In this document: piece after piece, positions 54,478 through 64,000 of the stretch
How positions within the stretch are numbered: the stretch's first letter is position 1
Layout of the letters: the number at the start of each line of letters is the position of its first letter
Assembly (NCBI GenBank): GCA_012295275.1
Contig: CM022677.1
Span: 8,246,001-8,310,000 of the forward strand
Length of the DNA stretch: 64,000 nucleotides
Reading direction: 5' to 3'
DNA from: Chrysomallon squamiferum
Taxonomy: Eukaryota; Animalia; Mollusca
Program-made: the position numbers and the translations under genes
Notes under the pieces: generated by a model
What the model was told of the DNA's origin: nothing
Database searches by the model: none
The model's input: only the letters and a program-made list of their open reading frames with translations

Positions 54478-56515
54478 TAATTATTAAAATAAATCATGTA
54501 GACTGTCTAAAACATTTTTATGAGGATGCTAATGATCTACTGTTTAATTTTTATTTTGTCTTGGAAGTGAACACCTTCCAATATTTCTTTTGTTTAATGT
54601 ATATTTTTTAATGCAGGAAAATTTGTAAATCACATGAACAGAAGTTTAAATGTTTAACAAAAAATGTAAAGAAAGCTAAGAAAGGGTCTAGAAATGGAAA
54701 AGTGATGAGTTAATTTTACTTCTAATCTTTCATTACATTAATTAAAAGGTGTACATCAGCGCAAGTTGTATAGTTAATATACTTTACATTTCTTATTATA
54801 CCTGAAGTTCTCTTATTACATTAGATATTAATATAACCGCTTCACCCGTAATAATCTATATAACAACGAAGCAGACACCATAGTTGTCAGTCCTCCCTTT
54901 GTCAACAGCTAAATAACAACAACAACAACAGTAATAACACCTTAATATTTTTATTTTTTATTTTTCTCTAAAAGCGCACTCTTCCTATATGTTTGACGCT
55001 ATTCTCTTAGTTTCATTAGAACTGTTCTGAAAACGGGATATAAAAATTACTTCGAATTTTTTATTAGGCCTCGTAAAGTTATCAGATAAATCAGATTTAT
55101 TCTTAGTGTATTGTTTCAGTCGAGATAAAAACTAAATACTTCTTTTTAAAAAAAGTATATAATAATGATAATAATGATTTATTTATAATGTAATTACATG
55201 AGAAATCGTGAACTTTTATCAAAACCACAGTTAACTAAAGAATATCGCTATTTGCACTGATAATGTTATTCAAAAATAAGACCTGTCTGTATTATTTATA
55301 TGGCATTCTAACATTATATTAATTAGAGATTATCGGTTATATTATTGGATAAATATGGAATTTCATTCTCGATTATTAACTTACTTTTAGATGTGTTTAA
55401 GAAAAATTAATGATATATTCTTAATTACATAATTTGATAAATACTAGCTGAATTTTAGATTAATTATGTGATTTCATCTAGAGACAGAGATGTAAATTGT
55501 GTCGCGGAATGTCATGTTACAGCGATCATAAAACACAATATCACATAGGAGGAAAATGTCCCAAAATAAATAGTTGGGACATTTTTATATTTAATCATAT
55601 CAAAATTATTTCTAAAGATGTTATTTGATTCAGATGGACATTTTTATATTTAATCATATCAAAATATACTTAATTGTTTCAAACTATATTTAACTATATC
55701 TGAATATATTTGTCTTAAACGTTTTATTTGCTACTGTGTAGCTACATACTTACCTTCTAATTAACGGTTCTATTTTGTAAACTCTTCAGAACATGAAATA
55801 TATTTCATTATTTTCTGCAAGTGATTATGTGCGTGTGTGCGTGTGTCTGTCTGTGTGTCCATATTTATCTCTATAAAAATGTAACCGTATCTTATTTAAA
55901 TTTATTTTGTGAATATGAATGTGTAAGTAAAGTGCCATTTGAAAACTGCGAATGTGAAAAAGGACTCAATATTTTTGTTGAAATGTACGCAAACTAATAA
56001 AAACATGTTCCTTATATCAATTCAGGTCTTCTGTTTTATGATTTACAGTCAGCGATCAAGTGGGTTAAGAGAATTTACATTATCCTCACTTGAAGAAATC
56101 ACAGTTGTTTTCACACGAGTGTTCACAATAATCATGTTCTATGAAAAGGGATATATTTTTAGAGATAGATTTGATGTTGAAGTGTGCACTTGTTTAACCA
56201 ACAAAAACTGATTTTCTGAGACTACCGAGTTCAAGATTAATAAACTGTAATGAAAATTACAAACAACTTTTCTTGCGTTCAAATCCTATACTAAAATGTA
56301 TTATTACTATTTCTATTAATATCACCATAGTTGCTGTCCTTGTTCCTAGCTTTGTTGCTGTAATTCTCATTATTGTTTTGCGCTTTTTATTAGTCATTAC
56401 TTTCTGAGTATTAAATTGTATTATTGTAATTTCTATTAATGTCTCCGTCGTTGCCGTCGTACCGGCATAGTTCCTAACGTAGCTATTAGAGTGCTTCTCA
56501 TAGTTCTTCTTTGTT
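51136..56515 (-). repeat. Left arm of large inverted duplication
   Basis: Reverse complement aligns with 58556-64000. ORF pairs 51779-/63053+ and 54390+/60884- are near-identical. Confidence 0.95.
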
Positions 56516-56699
56516 TTTTATCACCTATTATTCTTATTTCTTATTTTTGCGCATCCTGTATTAAAATATATTATTAATACATCTTTATTATTAGTGTTAA
56601 CGTTGGAGACGCTGCTGTCGTACCTGTGTTGTCCTTCAAGGCTTGGTGTTTATTATTCTTTTTCGCATTTTACAATTCTTACTTTCCTACAGTACATAT

Positions 56700-57180
56700 C
56701 CAGTATTGAAATTACTATTATTATTACTGATATTACCACTAATTTATTGCTATTTCTACTAATCTGCCGCCGTTTCTTTATCGATACTATCGCTATTACT
56801 ACTAATCTCTCACTGTTACTTCAGCAATACTACTTCTATTACTATTAATCTGTCAGTTACTTCATCGATACTTTTGATATTACTACTAATCTGTCACTGT
56901 TACTGCGTGAATAGCGATACTACTGATATTACTACTAATCACTTTTACTTCAGCAATACCACTGCTATTATTACTAATCTGTCACTGTTACATCAGCCAT
57001 ACTACTATGGCTGTGACTGCTACTTCAGAGATATTACTGATATTACTATTAATATGTCACTGCTACTTCAGATATACTACTGCTATTACTACTAATGTGC
57101 CACTGATATCACTAATATTTCAACCATACTACTGATATTACTACTAATCTGTCACTGTTATTTCAACCATACTACTGATA
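56700..57180. repeat. Imperfect ~45-bp minisatellite
   Basis: Units resemble tactgatattactactaatctgtcactgttacttcagc. Confidence 0.85.
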
Positions 57181-57419
57181 TATAAATGGAATATAAAACA
57201 TGCTTTATAACTTTAGAAATGTTCTGTTTAATGATTTACTGTTGTGGTTATCAATATACCTAATGTAATTCATTAGCCATAAAGTTCCACTAAATCATTA
57301 ACAACTGAATGTTTTTGTTTTTTATGGGGGGTTTTGGGTTTTTTTTAAGAGAAATCCTTAATATTATTTGAGTCATTTTTCACTTTTGTAGGCAGAGAAG
57401 TATAATTATTGCTTGTTAC

Positions 57420-57572
57420 CTGGACATAAGACATTTGTTTCACATGCTTCTTGAAGATTCCTCTTCGTATCTGTGCATGCTCGCATCTCAAATCTTATTC
57501 TAGTGCCTCTACCACATGTTTCACTACAACTACCCAGTCTCTGAAGTGTCCATGCAGACCAGGCACCATCAA
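57420..57572 (-). CDS. Single intact thrombospondin type-1 repeat (TSP1) exon; parent gene not identifiable
   Basis: ttatag|..DGAWSAWTLQRLGSCSETCGRGTRIRFEMRACTDTKRNLQEACETNVLCP..|gtaaca. 153 nt, phase 1-1, no stops; contains WSxW, CSxTCGxG and RxR motifs. Confidence 0.8.
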
Positions 57573-57729
57573 CTATAAGCGTGAAATTAAAGAATAAATA
57601 AATTAATATAAAAATAAATATATTAAAAATGAATTAAATATTCTTTAATTGCGCTTGAATATTAAATATTCTTAAATATCTTAAAGACAGGTTATTGATC
57701 AGATATGCAAAATTATCTATGAATTAATG

Positions 57730-58135
57730 CAGTGGTTCTCAATCACTTTTTGCCAACGGCACACCTGGCTAAATATATATGAAAAATATTTGAATTTTGC
57801 AAAATAAAAACATGGCAAGTCATAGACGGCATACAACCGTACACACAGACTAGTCATAGACACATGGAATAACTCAAACTAAATAAAGAAAAACACAGCT
57901 ATACTTTATTGCAGTGTTTCGAATGTTATCAGTCAAATAGCTGGCTTCTTTAGTGAGAAATTTGTGCCTGGCATTTTTTCCTAATTTCCTCAGTGTTTGG
58001 TCGAATATGAGACAGACACACCCTCATTTCTGCTTTCGTTGTAGTAATATCTCGTGCTTCATGTTTTTGATGTTGCCTAATTCACATATATAAGTAGTTG
58101 AAAATTGTAATAAAATTGCTAAAACTTTTTGTGTA
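57730..58135 (-). mobile_element. hAT Charlie/Buster remnant (3' end)
   Basis: TIR CAGTGGTTCTCAA at 57730 next to an nnnTAnnn 8-mer (aattaatg). Minus strand reads KVLAILLQFSTTYICELG and EMRVCLSHIRPNTEEIRKKCQAQISH*, the Buster/Charlie transposase C-terminus. Confidence 0.85.
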
Positions 58136-58355
58136 TGCACGTGTATAGATAGATAGATCAGATAGATCCTGAAGTCACTATCAGTAATTGCAATATATGA
58201 TCACTAGATAAGTTTCTATATTTTCAGTCGGTAAACAAAAACAATATTACTTTTTAAATATTTAATTACCAGTTTAATCTTAAAAGCCCCTAGTGCTTGT
58301 ACAAACTTCAGTCTGTGTTTATCAGTAGCTCCATCCATATGGGACAGACAGTCGG

Positions 58356-58555
58356 NNNNNNNNNNNNNNNNNNNNNNNNNNNNNNNNNNNNNNNNNNNNN
58401 NNNNNNNNNNNNNNNNNNNNNNNNNNNNNNNNNNNNNNNNNNNNNNNNNNNNNNNNNNNNNNNNNNNNNNNNNNNNNNNNNNNNNNNNNNNNNNNNNNNN
58501 NNNNNNNNNNNNNNNNNNNNNNNNNNNNNNNNNNNNNNNNNNNNNNNNNNNNNNN
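58356..58555. other. Assembly gap (200 N)
   Basis: Run of exactly 200 N. Confidence 1.
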
Positions 58556-61500
58556 GCAAAGAACATAATGAGAAGCACTCTAATGTTAGGAATAGTGCCG
58601 GTACGACGGCAACGACGGCGACATTAATAGAAATTACAATAATACAATTTAATACTCAGAAAGTATGAGTAATGACTAATAAAAAGCGCAAAGCAATAAT
58701 GAGAATTACACAACAAAGCTAGGAACAAGGACAGCAACTATGGTGGTATTAATGGAAATAGTAATAATACATTTTAGTATAGGATTTGAACGCAAGAAAA
58801 GTTGTTTTGTAATTTTCATTACACTTTATTAATCTTGAACTCGGTAGTCTCAGAAAATCAGTGCAGTGTTGGTTAAACAAGTGCACACTTCAGCATCGAA
58901 CCTATCTCTGAAAATATATCCCTTTTCATAGAACATGATTATTGTAAACACTCGTGTGAAAACAACTGTGATTTCTTCACGTGAGGATAATGTAAATTCT
59001 CTTAACCCACTTGATCGCTGACTCTAAATCATAAAACAAAAGACCTGAAGGAACGTGTATTTATTAGTTTGCGTACATTTCACATTCACAGTTTACAATA
59101 GGCATTTTTCTTACACATTCATATTTACAAAATAAATATAAATAGGATAATTTTACATTTTTACACAGATGCATATGGACGCACACACACACACATGCAC
59201 ACACGCACGTAATCACTTGCAGAAAATTATGAAACATATTTCATGTTCTGAAGAGTTTACAAAATAGAACCGTTAATTAGAAGGTAAGTACGTGGCTACA
59301 TAGTAGCAAATAAAACGTTTAAGACAAATATATTGAGATATAATTAAATATATTTTGAAATAATTAAGTATATTTTGATATGATTAAATATATTTTAATA
59401 TGTTTAAATAATGTTGATATGATTAAATATAAAAATGTCCATCTGAATCAAATAACATCTTTAAAATATACTCATCTATTTATTTTGGGACATTTTGCTC
59501 CTATATTTATTCTGTGATAATATTAAAACGAACCCTTGCTTCTAGAATTAAGGTTTGGTCTTTGTTCAGAAAACCAATATTGTTAAAAAAACCCAATAAA
59601 AAACGAGAAATAGATTAAGCTCTAATATGATATTAACAAATTAAAGAAAATCTCTCAGTATTTCTTGATATTAAGCAAAACGTAACAACGTAAGATAGAA
59701 GCTTTGTATCTCCGCTTCACATCTAAATATGAATATCTTCTTTCAACATTAATATTAATATTAAATATTAAAATAATGCTGATCTTGTTAAAATTTTATT
59801 TTTTATTATTGTACAATTAGTGTGCAGTTATCAAAACAAAAAAAAGTATTTCTTCGGTAATGTTATTAGGTATACAAGTCAATATACTGATAGTAATAGT
59901 GAAGCTGTAATATTAACTCAGTACATTGAAAAACACATCTGTTTTTTGTTTGTTTGTTTTTTGTTTCCAAATTAATGTCCTTCTTATCATATACTGAAAA
60001 AGTATTAACTGTAGTCTTTAATTTTAAGTTCTTTATTATCAATAATAAGATTATACAGAAACGCGTGAAGTGCTAGATGAATATTGCATTTATTACTGAA
60101 AATTAAATGTGCACCTTTCAATGTCACAATGTGATACTTTGTTTTATGACCACAGTAACATGACATTCCGCGACACAATTTACATCTCTCCCTACATGAA
60201 ATTACATGATTAATCTAAAATTCAAATTTATCAAATTATGTAATTAAGTATATATCACTAATTTTTCTTAGAAAAGTAAGTTAATAATCTAGAATGAAAT
60301 TCCATATTTATTCAGTAATATAACCTATAATCTCTAATTAATATAATGTTAAAATGCCATATAAATAATACGTGATATAACTAGGGTCTTATTTTTGGGT
60401 AACATTATCAGTGCAAATAGCGATATTCTTTAGTTAACTGTGGTTTTGATAAAAGTTCACGATTTTTCATGTAATTACATTATAAATAAATCATTATTAT
60501 CATTATTATACACTTTTTTAAAAAGAAGTATTTTGTTTTTATCTCGACAGAAACAATATAGTAAGAATAAATCTGATTTATCTGATAACTTTACGAGGGG
60601 ATTTTGACAATTATGCTGTCTGCTTCATTGTTATGTAGATTATTACTGGTGAAGCGGTTATATTAACATCTAATGTAATAAGAGAACTTCAGGTATAATA
60701 AGAAATGTAAAGTATATTACACTATACAACTTGCGCTGATGCACACCTTTTAATTAATGTAATGAAAGAATAGAAGTAAAATTAACTCATCACTTTTCCA
60801 TTTCTAGACCCTTTCTTAGCTTTCTTTACATTTTTTGTTAAACATTTAAACTTCTATTCATGTGATTTACAAATTTTCCTGCATTAAAAAATATACATTA
60901 AAGAAAAGAAATATTGGAAGTTGTTCACTTCCAAGACAAAATAAAAACTAAAAGGTAGCTCATTAGCATCATCATTAAAATGTTTTAGACAGTCTACATG
61001 ATTTATTTTAATAATTAATATAATAATAATAATAATAATAATCATAATAATAATAATAATAATAAATGAATACATTAATTAAATAATAATGTTCATCGAT
61101 ATTGCCTATATTACCACTAGTATAATAAATAAAAATTGCATCTTTGCGAAGGGGGACAACTGTTACAGAACATTCGATACAAGGTCATTCAATGAGGCGA
61201 ACTTTTTGATAGAAAAAAAAAGCAGGTTTAATAACGCGACATGCATTCTTGTGTATACAAAATATGATACAAAATATGATGGTGTAGCAGCCAGTGCGGT
61301 AATGTTCTTGAAAAAAAATGTTTTGAGAGGTTACAGTTTTATTTATAGATATAAAAAAAAAGGATACTATGTAAACAATTTTTGAAATGTTTTAAATATA
61401 TTTATAAATGCATTTTACTAGAAGTTTATTTCTGTACAATCCCGATTGCTTCTGTATTCTATTTTAAAAAGTCTTATGTTGATGAATAAATGTTTAGTAA

Positions 61501-62452
61501 AAAACAGCAGAAATCTAGCGAATTGGGCTTAAAGCTTTTTCTAAGTTTGATAAAAAATGACGCGGGTAATTACGGATCTATTACATTTCTAAGTTGTCTT
61601 GTAAAGCTTCTTAAATAACAGTTGTATCTTAAAACAAATAATATACTATTTGAAGTACTTGAATAATTATTGTTTTCACATTAAACTGATGGGACATACA
61701 GATATTATTATCATAATATATATATATATATCTATATACACATACATAAATCTTGTTTAAAACAGACTTTGTATATGACTGTGCGTGTGCGTGCAAAACA
61801 CTGGAATTAGTTAGAAATGTGAGAATAATAGGCCTAACGTTGGGTTTGATCTTTTCTCAAGATAGAATTTCTAGTCGAGATATATATATTTCCCGCCGAT
61901 CTTTCTATGTGACTGGAAATCTTTAGTTGAAAATTGTTTCGTCATTTTTACTTTGAGAACAATGGCTGAAAAACGCGATCGTTTTGAAGAAAACCATAGG
62001 TTATTTTAATAGTTTTTTTTTATCAAAATAATTTCATTGGTTTACAAGCAACGAAAATTAGGAAATATTGAAAACAATAAAAGTGAAAGTGAGACTAATT
62101 CCTACTACCTCTCGTGACAATGGAGGTACCTGTGTCTGAACCTGGAGTGTGATTTATTTATTTTTGGTTTACTTTTTCTTTCTTTTTTTTTTTTTTTTTT
62201 GGTAGAGGTTTCTACGTTTTTCTATTTTACTAATCAAATCTAACAATTTTCTGAACATTAATACAGGCACTCGAAATCAGTATAGTCAGCCACACTCTTT
62301 TTTCTCTTAAGTACATATCTTTTTTACTTTCCTGTTTGTTGTATTTACTTTCACGTTTTTATTTAACATTTCAGCACACCAGCAGAAGACACCCGAAAAG
62401 GTGAATACACCCTTCATTTGACAACAGATGATAGAATAGGTTCAAACACTGA

Positions 62453-62487
<35 letters not shown>

Positions 62488-64000
62488 TTTGTTTTAAGAG
62501 AAATAAATGTTGTGCATTTTTTACTTTTTTTATGTATTATTTTTTCAGACCATGTTTTCAGACCTATATCAAACTCTGGTAAATTCCTGGCCAGTAGTAA
62601 GCAGCTTATGCAACTTATTGTAATGTGAACTGTAAGCTTTGTGATTTTATTTGGTGCATAAATATAAATAAATAAAAAAGAAGAAGAAGAAAGAAAAAGT
62701 AGGGTAAAAAAAATAACAACACCGTTTATTTGAAGTTTAGGTCAATGATTGGCTAATAAAAAAAATAAATAATAATAATAATAAAAAAGAACCACATCGA
62801 GTATATTTTAATAAAGGTTGTTATGTTCTTTTATTTTATTTATTTATTTTGAACTCTTTTTATTTCATTTTTTTAGGATTGTATTTTCATAAAAATGCGG
62901 GATGATTGTCGAGACTTGACGGATTTTATTTTTTGTTTGACGTTCGAAGAATCTTCTACAGAACTGGTGTAATCGCATTATCATGCAACAAAAAAGTTGC
63001 TTAAAGTATTTCATTTTGTGAAGCAGACAGGTAGTACTATTAATTATTATAGTTGTTAATGAGTTTGGATTTTTTGATTTTTTTATTTAAGTATAATTTT
63101 GTGGGGCCAGTAATTAAATTTGTTTTAAAAGAAATTGACATGTGTAGCACACACCAAAGTAAACACCACACAACAACTATGTGTCAACTCACAAACAATT
63201 TTTATTTATTTATTTATTTATTTATTATTATTATTATTAATAATTTTTATTTGTATTATTATTTTTTTAATATACTAATAAAACTATTAAAAGAAAATAC
63301 ACTGATTTTGTTTGGCAGGTTGTTTTCTGTCAGTTTATTTACGATTCATTTTTTTAAAGATTTATTAAATTGCTATCCATTAAATGATATTTTATTTACC
63401 CATATTAAAGTTTATAATGGGTGGGGCCCTAAATTCTTTCATATTATTAAAGCTAAATACCTGTATAGCTCTAAGTTAACGTTAAAAATATGACCAGGTT
63501 ATTTCATATGTAGCATAAAATGTAAAATATTAATAAAATTATTTGTTATAATAATATTTAACACACACAAACAGACACCACACACATATACACACACACA
63601 GAGATAATTTATAATCATAATCACAAAAGATATTAATACACTGTACAATCTCCATGCACAAAACACTACTGAAATGATTATTTTTTGAAGTAGGTGTCTT
63701 ATGCAGATAATATGACTAATACTATGGCATCACAAAGCTATTTACATCTGTATCTACAGATAATGTACCTGGTTGACATTAATTGCTTCATGACACCTAT
63801 ATGTATTACAACATGTTCAACTAATACAGTATAAACCTATGAATATATAAGATCTTTATTATTATTATTCATTTGCTTTTTCATATCATTACTAATATTT
63901 ATTTATTTTTGATGTTTTCCAGGACCAGTTAAAATTATCATTGGTATGGATATTGCAGAAAGTGTAAGGAGAAAATATTCCAAATGAATTTAAAGAATGT
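58556..64000 (+). repeat. Right arm of large inverted duplication (runs off the window)
   Basis: Matches the reverse complement of 51136-56515 with substitutions and indels, for example extra ~59510-60120 and missing ~53670-53940. Confidence 0.95.
63923..64000 (+). pseudogene. CAMSAP: CAMSAP/Patronin pseudogene copy 3 (first recognised exon, cut by the window edge)
   Basis: ttccag|DQLKLSLVWILQKV*GENIPNEFKEC, with the same TAA (63965-63967) as copy 2. Confidence 0.8.

Noticed and set aside
58216-58668. ORFs spanning the N run
   Set aside because: Artefacts of translating the assembly gap.

Overview
AT-rich, microsatellite-dense animal DNA (probably a lophotrochozoan such as a mollusc; this is an inference from composition and transposon families). 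I see no intact multi-exon gene, RNA gene or CRISPR array, and most ORF-track entries are simple-repeat or antisense shadows. The window is a mosaic of segmental duplications and decayed transposons. (1) Three partial copies of a CAMSAP/Patronin N-terminal pseudogene: about 0.2-0.6 kb (-), 49.9-51.2 kb (-) and 63.9 kb (+). (2) A single-coding-exon Topors/ICP0-type RING-HC frame with a hydrophobic C-tail (29422-30093, +). It has a TGA exactly at the 7th zinc-ligand Cys and an ATG-TGA at its start, and lies downstream of a TATA/ETS promoter-like stretch. (3) A degenerate I/Nimb-type LINE (about 9.3-13.9 kb, -), and a CR1/L2-type LINE (43.1-47.2 kb, +) carrying a nested piggyBac (perfect TIRs and TTAA duplication) and cut off by a Tc1 element. 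(4) MULE, hAT-Charlie and pogo remnants and several satellites. (5) A diverged inverted duplication of at least 5.4 kb (51136-56515 vs 58556-64000) around a 200-N gap, whose spacer holds an intact TSP1 exon. All family assignments come from motifs I recognised by eye; no database search was run.
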